Both the position numbers and the translations under genes were made by a program. From Saprospiraceae bacterium (GTDB lineage Bacteria; Bacteroidota; Bacteroidia; Chitinophagales; Saprospiraceae), in contig JBGCFJ010000108.1 in NCBI GenBank assembly GCA_045106885.1, forward strand, positions 1-58,535: a DNA stretch of 58,535 nucleotides, given 5' to 3'. Below, one piece after another: positions 36,677 through 46,343 of the stretch (position 1 is the first letter of the stretch; every line of letters starts with the position of its first letter). Below the pieces are notes generated by a model. The model made no database searches. It saw only the letters and a program-made list of their open reading frames with translations, and was not told the DNA's origin.

Positions 36677-38575
36677 ATGAATATTTTAAAAAGAATCTTT
36701 GTCCTTACCTTAGTCGCATTAGCAATGGTAGCTTGTAATAAAGACCAGGAGTTCGCTGCTGGTACTAATAATAAGTCCATCACAAAAACCGAAACAACTG
36801 TATTTGAAACTAACCCCGCAAGAAAAAGAGCTTGTGCGTCTCATGACCATACGGAAAAATTACTACAAGACGATACTTTTAGAAAAGCTTATGAAGAAAG
36901 AAAAGCTAAATTCGCTAGAGCATTAAAAACAAATGTTGCTGAAAGTAGAGCACTTTGCAGCAACCCGAAAATCTTACCAGTAGCTGTTCATTATCAAGGT
37001 GCAAATGCAGATAGAGCTTGTTTAGTTGCTTTAGCACAAAATCAGATTGCGATATTAAACGCAGATTTTCAAGGAAAAAATAGTGACATCGTACAATGGG
37101 TGAATACTGCGGCTTCCACTTTCCCTGGGGTCAGTAATGGAGAAGCTTGTATTGAATTCTGTTTGGCTTCTAAAAATCACCCTTCTGGCGCTAATTTAAA
37201 TGATGGAGATGCTGCCGTAACGGTTAATCAAACCAATGGCGACCAAATCAATGCTTGGGCTGGTTATATCAATATTATTGTCAACGATGCAGATGGAAAT
37301 TTAGGTTACGCTCCTTTAGGTGGCAGTGGAAATGGAGACGGTGTGGTGATTAGCAGAGATGCTTTTGGTGCAGGAAATGGTTGTACTGGTGTAAGCCCTC
37401 AATCTCCTTATGATTTGGGTCGAACTTTAACGCATGAAATGGGACACTATTTAAACTTAGACCATATATGGGGCGGAGGTTGTAATCAAGATGATGGCAT
37501 TGCGGATACACCAGAACAAGGTTCTGATAATAGTGGTTGCCCAAATATAGGCATACAATCTTGTGGTTCTGCTGATTTACACATGAATTATATGGATTAC
37601 ACGAATGACGCTTGTATGTATATGTTCACCGCTGGTCAAGCATCTGTAATGGAAAGTTGGATGAATGCTAATTTAAACCTTAAAGACCCAGCTACTGTAT
37701 GTGGTGAAATAACTGATGGTGGTGGAGACAATGGAGATGGAGATAACGGTGGAGATAATGGTGACGGAGGAGACAACGGCAACGGAGATAATGGTGGTGA
37801 CAATGGAGATGGTGATGGAGGCGACAACGGCGAAGATGGCGATACTGGAGCAGACTGTACCGCACCAACTTCAAGTTCTGTTGTACAAATTAATGATACA
37901 GATATTAGAGTAGATTGGGAAGATGTACCAACTGCTATTAGATACCAAATTCAATACCGTCCACAAGGAGGTGACTGGACAAGAAAAGCAGGGACTAATT
38001 CTCAAAAACGATTGAACGATTTAGTACCAGGTACGACTTACGAATACCGATTGAGAACTAGATGTGGTGATAATATTTGGACTAGTTATTCAAGTATTTC
38101 TACTTATAGCCTTCCTGGTGGTGATGATAACGGTGGCGGTGATAATGGAGACGGAGATACAGGCAGCACTAGTCAAGTACAAATCAAAGTAACTTTAGAT
38201 GATTTTGGTTCTGAAACAAGCTTTGCTATCGAAGATGGCACTGGAAATATTGTGAAATCTTGGGGCCCATTCGCAGACGGACAAAATGGCGTAACTAAGA
38301 CTAAGAATATTGATTTACCAACAGGTATTTACACATTTGTTATCTTCGATGAATACGGTGATGGTATCTGCTGTGACTTCGGAGACGGTCAATGGAAAGT
38401 AAAAGTAGATGGTTCTGTAATTGCTTCCTCTGATGGGGTCTTCGGATTCTGGGAAGAATTTGATTTCGCTATCGGTGGTGCTAGATTAAGTGGCCCTGCT
38501 TCTAGAAAAGATGCGAAAGATTATAGTAAATTAGTAGGGACTGCAAAATATAAAAGTGCTATTATTAATGAATAA
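36677..38575 (+). CDS. M43 (pappalysin/cytophagalysin-type) zinc metalloprotease lipoprotein with FN3 domain and Gly/Asp/Asn-rich linkers
   Basis: 632 aa. It has the lipoprotein signal LVALAMVAC, the zinc site HEMGHYLNLDHIWGG, two GGDNGDGDNGG linkers, an FN3-like segment (IRVDWEDV..YQIQYR..GTTYEYRLRTRC) and a C-terminal Cys-containing beta domain (DEYGDGICCDFGDG). Confidence 0.75.
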   Translation: MNILKRIFVLTLVALAMVACNKDQEFAAGTNNKSITKTETTVFETNPARKRACASHDHTEKLLQDDTFRKAYEERKAKFARALKTNVAESRALCSNPKILPVAVHYQGANADRACLVALAQNQIAILNADFQGKNSDIVQWVNTAASTFPGVSNGEACIEFCLASKNHPSGANLNDGDAAVTVNQTNGDQINAWAGYINIIVNDADGNLGYAPLGGSGNGDGVVISRDAFGAGNGCTGVSPQSPYDLGRTLTHEMGHYLNLDHIWGGGCNQDDGIADTPEQGSDNSGCPNIGIQSCGSADLHMNYMDYTNDACMYMFTAGQASVMESWMNANLNLKDPATVCGEITDGGGDNGDGDNGGDNGDGGDNGNGDNGGDNGDGDGGDNGEDGDTGADCTAPTSSSVVQINDTDIRVDWEDVPTAIRYQIQYRPQGGDWTRKAGTNSQKRLNDLVPGTTYEYRLRTRCGDNIWTSYSSISTYSLPGGDDNGGGDNGDGDTGSTSQVQIKVTLDDFGSETSFAIEDGTGNIVKSWGPFADGQNGVTKTKNIDLPTGIYTFVIFDEYGDGICCDFGDGQWKVKVDGSVIASSDGVFGFWEEFDFAIGGARLSGPASRKDAKDYSKLVGTAKYKSAIINE

Positions 38576-38728
38576 GAGACAGTAATAAAGTAGGCAATTA
38601 GCAGTAAATGCCGTTAGCTGGACGGTCTCAAATAAAAGCTAAAATTTTGGTTGCTACTTTTTGTAGTAGCTGAAATTTATAAAGATGTTATAGGTGATTT
38701 AACTCGAAAGGGTTAAAATTTTACTAAG

Positions 38729-38764
38729 CCCGATTGGAGAATGCTTCAATCGGGTTTTGTTTTT
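38729..38764 (+). terminator. rho-independent terminator of the M43 protease gene
   Basis: cccgattg-gagaatgctt-caatcggg followed by ttttgttttt. Confidence 0.7.
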
Positions 38765-38815
38765 AATTTTATTCCACTACTTGTTAAAAAACTGTATCTT
38801 TATTAAAAAAATTAA

Positions 38816-39397
38816 ATGGCTGAAATTATCCATATCAATGTTGAAGATTTGAGTGCAGACTTAATTGAAGAAATTAAGGAAAAATATCGTGGTGCAAAAC
38901 TTCAAATAAAAGTAAGTCCTCAACCATTTAGTTCAGAGGAAGAAGATTGGTTCTGGCAAGTAATCGCTAAGTTGGATTGGAAAAAAACAAACATTAATGA
39001 AGCTATTATCAAACCTGTAATTAATTATTTAAGCACAGAATCTAACGAACGAATTTTTCTTTTTCAAGATATTCTTTCCCAAAAATTACATGCCTTAGAT
39101 GGTCAAAAATTTGCAGAAAATATTGGCGAAAATGCTTATGGTAAAGGCAAGTATTTTTCTGGAGATGAATTCTTATATATTCGTTGTGCCGTTATTGCCA
39201 ATGGAAAAAAGACTTATGAGGAAATATTAAAAACGCCTGCTAAAATATTAAAAAATAAATCTTTTACTCCACTTTTATATCTCGCAGAGCGTGCTTATTT
39301 ACAAAAAAACAAAGTAGAATTAAACCGTTTGCCAGCTTATGTTTATGAAACTTTTTTTAATGAAGATGGTTGGGGAGATAAAGCGATAAAACTGTAA
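38816..39397 (+). CDS. hypothetical protein, DUF4240-like
   Basis: 193 aa. EEDWFWQVIAKLDWKK and GDEFLYIRCAVIANGKKTYEEIL resemble the DUF4240 pattern as I remember it. Not verified. Confidence 0.45.
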   Translation: MAEIIHINVEDLSADLIEEIKEKYRGAKLQIKVSPQPFSSEEEDWFWQVIAKLDWKKTNINEAIIKPVINYLSTESNERIFLFQDILSQKLHALDGQKFAENIGENAYGKGKYFSGDEFLYIRCAVIANGKKTYEEILKTPAKILKNKSFTPLLYLAERAYLQKNKVELNRLPAYVYETFFNEDGWGDKAIKL

Positions 39398-39414
39398 TCA
39401 AACAACTAAAACCA

Positions 39415-39681
39415 ATGCCTATACACGGTAATTCTAATGAAAACGATGAACTCCATCATCTTTATCAAATTGATGATATTCAAGAAAAAGAAGTCTTTAA
39501 ATATGGCATAACTGATGACCCAATTGAAAAAGATGGCTTATCTAAAAGAATTCGTTATCAATTAAATTTATATAATCGGGTTGCAGGTATTTTTAGGTTT
39601 ACTGCCAAAATCCTGCTTATAAATATTATTGGTCGCACAAAAGCAAAAGAGATAGAAGAAGAGTATGTTAAAAAAATATGA
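39415..39681 (+). CDS. small hypothetical protein with GIY-YIG-like motif spacing (88 aa)
   Basis: HLYQI-x11-YGIT, then KRIRYQ, then KAKEIEEEY. The spacing resembles the GIY-x(9-11)-YIG ... R ... E core. The call is tentative. Confidence 0.4.
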   Translation: MPIHGNSNENDELHHLYQIDDIQEKEVFKYGITDDPIEKDGLSKRIRYQLNLYNRVAGIFRFTAKILLINIIGRTKAKEIEEEYVKKI

Positions 39682-39754
39682 GAAAAAACATGGCAAACGA
39701 CCAAGAGGTAATCCTGAATAGACTGTAATTAGCCAAATAGATAAGAATTTATAA

Positions 39755-40747
39755 TTACTTCTCTACTGCTTTCATTCTTAATACCTTTTCTGCAAAACTA
39801 TAAGTTGCCTTCCTAACTGCTTCAATATCCTCCGACTGTCGTAAAGAACAAACTACATGATTATTCACATTTGCAAAAGGTACGAGTTGTTTTTGATTGG
39901 CAGGTGTAGCTGTTTGTTTATCCATTTCTAACATAGCTGCAACAGAAACAACAGGGTCTTGTACTTCTTCATTTTTATAAAAATAACCTACAAAATACGG
40001 TGATTTAATTTTGTTAAACGTTTCAGGAATCATCGTTTGTTCCAATAATGCTTCTAGCGCAATAATTCCTTTAGAATGATATTGGATGGTTGCCATATTT
40101 TGCATTTCTGGCTTGCCATAAGCACCCGATTTTACATAATCTCCGACCATAGCCCCCGTCAAATATTCTCCCCAAGGCATAGTCGTTAATTGAGCGGCAG
40201 CACTAGCAATCGCAATATTCGGAGAATACATAATTTGCGCATGCACCATTTCTGGATTATGTGCCGTCAAATACAAGGAATGCGTACCGCCAGTAGAACA
40301 AGACATTAAAATGACCTTTTCTCCTAATTTTTGCCCAATAGCAATGGCTTCCTTAGCGGATTCTACATAATTTTTAGGGGTCAAATTCTTAAAAGTATTC
40401 TTATCATCAATGCCATGGTCTTGTTGTCGAGCGAGGTATAAATTAGCACCATATCGTTTGGCAAATTGCGTATGAATGGCATCTCCTTCCCAAATACTTG
40501 CGGAGAACCCATGTAAGTAAACGACAGCGTATTCCGTTTTTCGAACCGAATCTGCCCAAATAATTCTAGCTTCGTTATTGGGTTTTAGATTAACCACTTT
40601 GGCTTCTTTCTCTTGAATGTATTCGTCCAATTGTTCAATTGAAAGCTTAATCGGGTCAATTTTTCCATCAACTGTTTCAAACTCCGCCTTTGGACCAAAG
40701 AAAAGTGTACCTGCAAGCAGGGCGGATAGAATATATCTCTTTTTCAT
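39755..40747 (-). CDS. secreted alpha/beta hydrolase
   Basis: 330 aa with a signal peptide, VVYLHGFSAS and the nucleophile-elbow-like MSCSTGG. Confidence 0.65.
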   Translation of the reverse strand: MKKRYILSALLAGTLFFGPKAEFETVDGKIDPIKLSIEQLDEYIQEKEAKVVNLKPNNEARIIWADSVRKTEYAVVYLHGFSASIWEGDAIHTQFAKRYGANLYLARQQDHGIDDKNTFKNLTPKNYVESAKEAIAIGQKLGEKVILMSCSTGGTHSLYLTAHNPEMVHAQIMYSPNIAIASAAAQLTTMPWGEYLTGAMVGDYVKSGAYGKPEMQNMATIQYHSKGIIALEALLEQTMIPETFNKIKSPYFVGYFYKNEEVQDPVVSVAAMLEMDKQTATPANQKQLVPFANVNNHVVCSLRQSEDIEAVRKATYSFAEKVLRMKAVEK

Positions 40748-40841
40748 GATTTTATTTTAAGGTATCAGTTGAGAGGTACTAGGTATCGGGCTAGACACAT
40801 GCATAACCTGATACCTGACACCTAGTACCCGAAACCCATGA

Positions 40842-41864
40842 TTATTTCGCTAAAAATGCGGCTGCTCGTTCTTGTGCATTTTCTCGCACATTCATATAAT
40901 AAAAATTAAAATCGGCGATATGGTAATTTGGGTCTTTTAATAAAAAACTACCAAAAAACTTAGGTTTATCTGCCCAAAGGATTCCGTCTTCTGGAACTAC
41001 TTTTGCGCTGCATAATTGAGGGTAAACCTTTTTCAATTTTCTTAAGACTGCTCCTTTATTTTGTGTTTTATTAACAGGTGTATCATCGGTTGTCCAAGTT
41101 AATGGATTTGTAACTGCTACTTTATCGGAAGTATAACTTTTAGGTGTAAAACCGCTTTCAAAAGTTCGCCAAGATGTAAAGCAACCAGTTTCGGAAGGTG
41201 ATTGACAAACAGAAATATTCTCAAATTCCTCTTTTAAAACGGGAATACCCACTAGATAACCTGCTACAAATTGCTTTTGTAAAGGGGTGCCGTCAAAAAA
41301 CTCTTTCACCAATCTTCGACTATGCGTAGTCCCTTGACTATGAGAAGCAATGATAATTGGTCTGCCATTGTTATAATTATCTAGATAATATTGAAAAGCA
41401 TTTTTTAAATCTTCGTAAGCTAAATCAAATATTTCTTTCGCCTTGGCTTGGTCTTTAATATAATAAGCATTGATATGGGCTTGTCGGTATCTCGGTGCAT
41501 AGACTTTTCCTACACCATTAAAAATACTCGCTTGGAATCGAATCGTACTTTCATCGACTCTTTTATTTAAAGCAGGGTCATTCACAGGGCCATTCCATTG
41601 GTCATCTCCTTTCTGTCCTGTATAAATGGTTGGGTGCATGAAAAAGACATCTACTTTGGCATTGGCTTGTTCGTCTGCTACGCCTTTGGGAGTGCCATCT
41701 GCTTCATCTTTTTTAGTCGGTAAAGCGGCCCAATAAGCAGACTTGGTATAATCTGGTGCTTTAGCAGCTTTGTCTTCGCTGAAATTTCCTGTTGGTGTGA
41801 TATAGACAGATTTGCAATTGGTGAAAGCTAAAACGACTAGTAGACTGAAAAATAAATACTTCAT
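40842..41864 (-). CDS. DUF3089 domain protein (alpha/beta hydrolase-like), secreted/lipoprotein
   Basis: 340 aa with a signal peptide ending FTNC, DVFFMHPT, YAPRYRQA and ASHSQG. Confidence 0.65.
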   Translation of the reverse strand: MKYLFFSLLVVLAFTNCKSVYITPTGNFSEDKAAKAPDYTKSAYWAALPTKKDEADGTPKGVADEQANAKVDVFFMHPTIYTGQKGDDQWNGPVNDPALNKRVDESTIRFQASIFNGVGKVYAPRYRQAHINAYYIKDQAKAKEIFDLAYEDLKNAFQYYLDNYNNGRPIIIASHSQGTTHSRRLVKEFFDGTPLQKQFVAGYLVGIPVLKEEFENISVCQSPSETGCFTSWRTFESGFTPKSYTSDKVAVTNPLTWTTDDTPVNKTQNKGAVLRKLKKVYPQLCSAKVVPEDGILWADKPKFFGSFLLKDPNYHIADFNFYYMNVRENAQERAAAFLAK

Positions 41865-42135
41865 TGCTAGGTTTGATTATACTGTTGGTTGGTATTTGTG
41901 TCATTAGAGTAATTGTTTAACGAGTGGAATTGTTTTATAGATGCCTAGGTAAAGTGTAATAATTGGGAATAACAGAATATTTGCTAAATATTTATACTTA
42001 TTCTAGAAGTGTTTATCTAAAAAAATAATAGTCTTCCACTTTTTTAATATATTTTGTTACTCACAAAATCAATTAATCGTACTAGAACCAAATTTTGAAA
42101 CATAACTTAAAATATACCAAGAGTTAGAAAGATTA

Positions 42136-42261
42136 GGGGCGAGGCAATAAATAACCTACCAGAAATGACGAGGTTATTTTTTCTTTTTGTGAACCGCTTG
42201 CGGATGGGCGGCAAAGGAAAAAGAATCCGTCAGGCTGGTAGGTTATTATTTTCCTCGTCCC
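42136..42261. repeat. 126-nt palindromic element with AATAACCTAC termini (left flank of R-M cassette)
   Basis: ggggcgaggcaataaataacctaccag ... ctggtaggttattattttcctcgtccc. The interior carries gtgaaccgcttgcgga, which also occurs at 36527-36542. Confidence 0.8.
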
Positions 42262-42327
42262 TTAACAAAATAAATTAAATCAAAATAGTTTCCTTACATT
42301 TACATCGTCGATAACGAATACAAAAAA

Positions 42328-43014
42328 ATGAAACTCACAGCCAAAGAATTATACCTAAAATTAGTAGAAGATTATAAAATCATCGGTCAAAAAGGGGTGA
42401 TTCATTTCACCTTAAAAGATTTAACCATTGCCGTAGAAACTAAAGATTCGGTAGGTAATTTATTGCAAGAGTGGTTAAAAGCGTGGCTGAAAGCTAATGA
42501 AATTGACTTCTTAGAAAACGAAAACACCCAAAGATTCCCTGATTTTTATTTAAATACTGAAAATCAAAAACAAGGTCTATTAGAAGTTAAAACATTCGAT
42601 TGGAAAAGAGGTCCAGGATTTGATTTAGCTAATTTTGATTCCTATTGCAATTCTTTATTAACTGATGCTTATAGGATAGATTCGGACTATTTAATCTTTG
42701 CTTATGAATTAAATGGAAGTGAGCTAAGTATTAAAAATGTGTGGTTAAAAAAGATATGGGAATTGGCTTGTCCAAGTGGTACCTATCCAATTAAAGTACA
42801 AGAAAAAAAGAAGATAATTTATAATTTAAGGCCATCTACTTGGTATTCCACCAGAAGTAAATTCAAGCCCTTCAATGATAAAGAAAAATTTTTGGCAGCT
42901 CTGAATAATACTCGTTATCAATATGCTCAAACTCGGTTGGATAATTCTCATTGGTTAAGAAAAGTACTACAGAATTATGAAAATCATACCGGTATTGCAC
43001 TTAATGTTAAGTGA
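42328..43014 (+). CDS. putative type II restriction endonuclease (family not recognised)
   Basis: 228 aa with a candidate PD-(D/E)xK core, FPDFYL ... LLEVKTF. It is convergent with the C5-methyltransferase, the 3' ends overlap by 31 nt, and it is AT-rich. Confidence 0.55.
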   Translation: MKLTAKELYLKLVEDYKIIGQKGVIHFTLKDLTIAVETKDSVGNLLQEWLKAWLKANEIDFLENENTQRFPDFYLNTENQKQGLLEVKTFDWKRGPGFDLANFDSYCNSLLTDAYRIDSDYLIFAYELNGSELSIKNVWLKKIWELACPSGTYPIKVQEKKKIIYNLRPSTWYSTRSKFKPFNDKEKFLAALNNTRYQYAQTRLDNSHWLRKVLQNYENHTGIALNVK

Positions 43015-44327
43015 GCTTGATTGGTATAAACTTTAGCAATTCTATCAGTGACTGCCTCCATTACAGGAACGGCTACCGTATTTCCTAAAAGGTCAAAAGC
43101 TTCTTTTTCTTTGACAGGTATTTCGTACCATTCAGGATAACCAAAAAGACGTAGCCCTTCTCGGATAGACAACCCTCTTAACCCATTACCATCAACTACC
43201 GCAATTCTAGAAACATCGGTCGCTACCAAGGTTGGCGCTATGTCGTTGGGGTCCAAAATTTTATTAATTTCAAAACTCAATTTTCCAGTAACTATATTAT
43301 AACCTTTGGGTAATTGTTCGTCAAATACTCGATATTTTTTGATACCTCCGTTCTCTGTTTCCTCTTTAACTAATTTTTTAGGATGTTCTAATTTTAAATA
43401 TCCTTTTGCTACCAAATCATCTAATAAATCCTTCAAATTTTTCTTTGGAAAAAAGGTACTAATTTGTGCTAAAGTTAAGGACATACCATCCATCCAATCT
43501 ATACCATTTTCGATGGCCCATTTTTTCTTTCTGCGCTCTTTAAACAGTTGATTCAACAGCTTCTTTTGTGTTAGACTAACTTTTCCTTTAATACCAATAT
43601 CCCAACTATGGATATTATTCTTTCCACCTCGTTTATCTTTGATAGATTTACCATACAATTCTTCAATGGAATAATTTTGCAATAACTTTCGAGTAAATTT
43701 AGTATCTCTTGTTGGCAGTCCTGATTCTAAAATTTCTTTGACAAAAGTTCGTTGAACAGTAAAATTCGTTAAATCAATTGCTTTGTCTTTTGTACCAATA
43801 ATAAAGACTCTTTTTCTAGATTGTGGCAAAGCAAAATTAATGGAGTCTAATAATTGATAACTTACCTTATAGCCTAATTCTTCTAATTTAAATAATATCG
43901 TTTTTAATGTGTGGCCTATTTTATCTTTTTTATTGGCTAAATCGTGTTTGATTAAGCCCTCTACATTTTCAAGAATAAACCCATAAGGTTGTTTAGCTGC
44001 TAAAATTCGTTCAATTTCAAAAAATAAAGTCCCTCTAGTATCTTGAAAACCAAAGCGTTTACCACTTGCGCTAAAAGGTTGACAAGGAAAACCGCCTAAC
44101 AAAAAATCAAAATCTGGAATGTCCTCATTTTTTACTTGAAATATATCTCCTACAAAATGTTCGCCTTTAAAATTTTCTTTTAACGTTTTAAGCGCATAAG
44201 GCTTTATTTCCGATGTCATTACACATTCAGTATCAAAGCCATGTTTTTTGAAAGCATTTTGAAAACCTAATTTCATGCCTCCCATTCCTGCAAATAAATC
44301 AATAAATCTTACTTTCTTCTTATCCAT
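42984..44327 (-). CDS. DNA (cytosine-5)-methyltransferase
   Basis: Motifs: I FIDLFAGMGG, IV GGFPCQPFS, VI ILENVEGL, VIII QSRKRVFIIG, X GNTVAVPV. A long variable region lies between VIII and IX. The ATG at 44327 is preferred over the TTG at 44354. Confidence 0.9.
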   Translation of the reverse strand: MDKKKVRFIDLFAGMGGMKLGFQNAFKKHGFDTECVMTSEIKPYALKTLKENFKGEHFVGDIFQVKNEDIPDFDFLLGGFPCQPFSASGKRFGFQDTRGTLFFEIERILAAKQPYGFILENVEGLIKHDLANKKDKIGHTLKTILFKLEELGYKVSYQLLDSINFALPQSRKRVFIIGTKDKAIDLTNFTVQRTFVKEILESGLPTRDTKFTRKLLQNYSIEELYGKSIKDKRGGKNNIHSWDIGIKGKVSLTQKKLLNQLFKERRKKKWAIENGIDWMDGMSLTLAQISTFFPKKNLKDLLDDLVAKGYLKLEHPKKLVKEETENGGIKKYRVFDEQLPKGYNIVTGKLSFEINKILDPNDIAPTLVATDVSRIAVVDGNGLRGLSIREGLRLFGYPEWYEIPVKEKEAFDLLGNTVAVPVMEAVTDRIAKVYTNQAHLTLSAIPV

Positions 44328-44456
44328 TCTTTGATGCTGTTTAGTATTTCTCAATTTATCGCTAAAATTGTCGTCTTAGAGCAAATATGCAAAAATACCT
44401 ATAAAAATAAAAAATAGTAAGTAGATTAAAACAAATATTTTTTATTTAGGGAAAAC

Positions 44457-44591
44457 GAAAAAATAACCTACGTAAATTCGTGGGGTTGGATAATTCGTGG
44501 GGGAAATTAGTAACGAAATTCCCCCACGAATTATCCAGCCCCATGAATTATTTTTTTAAAACATATAGTATTGTTGCGTAGGTTATTTTTT
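44457..44591. repeat. 135-nt nested palindromic element with AATAACCTAC termini (right flank of R-M cassette)
   Basis: The outer arms are aaaaaataacctacg / cgtaggttatttttt. The inner ~34-nt arms are aattcgtggggttggataattcgtgggggaaatt / aaattcccccacgaattatccagccccatgaatt. Confidence 0.85.
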
Positions 44592-44651
44592 GCCAAATCC
44601 CTTATTAAAAATAAAACAAAAGAATTTAAATTGATACAACAATTAATAATG

Positions 44652-45971
44652 TTAAACCGCTCCTTGCACCACCTTAAAAGCCTTATCCAAAACATCCAAA
44701 GCCATCGCTATTTCTTCCTCATTAACGGTCATTGGTGGCGAAATTCTAACGACATTTCCATAAAGTCCACCTTTACCGATAATCAAACCTAATTTCCGAG
44801 TTTCCTCAAATAAATGTTTGGTGGCTGCTGCTGCAGGTTCTTTGGTTGTGCGGTCTTTGACCAATTCTAATCCTTGCATTAAACCACGACCTCTTACATC
44901 TCCAATAATGGTATATTTCTCTTGCATTTTGTCTAAACCTGTTCGTAGCATTTTTCCTAATTCGGCTACTCTGCTTGGATCCGCATCTTTTTCTAATACA
45001 TTCATCGTTGCCAAAGAAGCGGCACAAGCTACAGGATTTCCACCGAAAGTACTTAGGGTTAATTGAGCGTCTAGCATACTTTGTGCAATTTCAGGTGTCG
45101 TTATCGTATTGCCTAATGGAAAGCCATTAGCAATTCCTTTTGCCATCGTCATAATATCTGGTTCTACATCCGAATGTTCGATGCCAAACCATTTTTCTCC
45201 TGTTCGTCCAAAACCAGTTTGTACTTCATCCGAAATCATTAGTCCACCATAATGTTTGGCGATTTCACTGGTAATTTTTAGATATTCTGCTGGTGGTGTA
45301 ATAAAACCTCCAACCCCTTGAATTGGTTCTGCAATAAAAGCGGCAATTTTTCCAGAAGTAGTTGTTTTGATGACCTCTTCCACATCTTGCGCGCAAGCCA
45401 CGCCACAACTTGGATAAGTCATCTTTAACGGACAACGATAACAGTATGGGTTTAGGGCATGTTTGATGCTGCCTATAGCTGTTCCGCCAATTCGCCAAGT
45501 ACCAACGCCTGTCAAAGACATCCCCATAGCTGACCGCCCGTGATAAGCATGACGAAGGGCAATAACTTCTTGGTTGCCCGTATGCGTTTGTGCCAAAACA
45601 ACCGCTGTTTCATTGGCACCAGTTCCAGAAGTGGTAAAGAAAGAAACTTGTAGTTTTTCTGGGGTTAATTCCGCCATTTTTTCTGCCAAATTCACATGCG
45701 CTTCATTTGGATATAGCGTAGAAGAATGAATGATTTTTTCGGTTTGTTGTTGTACTGCCGTTGTCACCTCTTTTCGATTATGCCCAACACTTGTAGTCAA
45801 AATTCCGCCAAAAAAATCTAAATATTTTTTACCTTCTGTATCCCATAAAAAAACGCCTTCTCCATGGTCAAAAGGCAAAGGTTCTGTATAATATAAAATA
45901 TGGTTTGGAAAAAGATATTTCTTTTGCTTATCAAGAATTGCTGCTTTTTTATTTTTAACGGAAGTGGACAT
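44652..45971 (-). CDS. class-III (aspartate aminotransferase family) PLP-dependent aminotransferase
   Basis: 439 aa with SGTGANE, DEVQTGFGRTG and TMAKGIANG (PLP lysine), typical of omega-aminotransferases. Confidence 0.8.
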   Translation of the reverse strand: MSTSVKNKKAAILDKQKKYLFPNHILYYTEPLPFDHGEGVFLWDTEGKKYLDFFGGILTTSVGHNRKEVTTAVQQQTEKIIHSSTLYPNEAHVNLAEKMAELTPEKLQVSFFTTSGTGANETAVVLAQTHTGNQEVIALRHAYHGRSAMGMSLTGVGTWRIGGTAIGSIKHALNPYCYRCPLKMTYPSCGVACAQDVEEVIKTTTSGKIAAFIAEPIQGVGGFITPPAEYLKITSEIAKHYGGLMISDEVQTGFGRTGEKWFGIEHSDVEPDIMTMAKGIANGFPLGNTITTPEIAQSMLDAQLTLSTFGGNPVACAASLATMNVLEKDADPSRVAELGKMLRTGLDKMQEKYTIIGDVRGRGLMQGLELVKDRTTKEPAAAATKHLFEETRKLGLIIGKGGLYGNVVRISPPMTVNEEEIAMALDVLDKAFKVVQGAV

Positions 45972-46343
45972 AATCGTTTTATTTAAAGTGGTTTGTGAAT
46001 TTGATTAGAAGGCAATGAGTTAATGAGGAGATAAGGTAAACTTTCTTTCATCAACTCACTTCTTCCTGTAAATATGGCTTTTTTACAAAAAAAAGCAAAA
46101 TTAAATTCACATAGTCATTCAATTAATATTATTTTTTAAAAAACTATAGCGAAAAGATTGACTACAATTAACAGAGCAACTACATTTGCAGTCGCAAATT
46201 TTGCGATTTAATTAAGCAACTGCTTAAATGAAAGATGGAGCTTTGGTTCTATTCTTATTTTTCGCTGGGATTATCTCTAATTATTGAGATTGTCCAACAT
46301 GCTTTTATAATCATTTCTAATAATTCACTAAAACTATTTTATT

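Noticed and set aside
37636-37913. Three overlapping ORFs with PLSPP / HHLH / MEME low-complexity sequence
   Set aside because: They are alternative-frame readings of the GGDNGDGDNGG linker-coding region of the M43 protease gene.
45972-46343. Riboswitch or ribosomal leader upstream of THX. The long gaps at 35928-36676 and 49104-49740 were considered in the same way.
   Set aside because: I could not recognise any known riboswitch core or conserved leader. Only generic hairpins of the same kind seen everywhere in the window are present.
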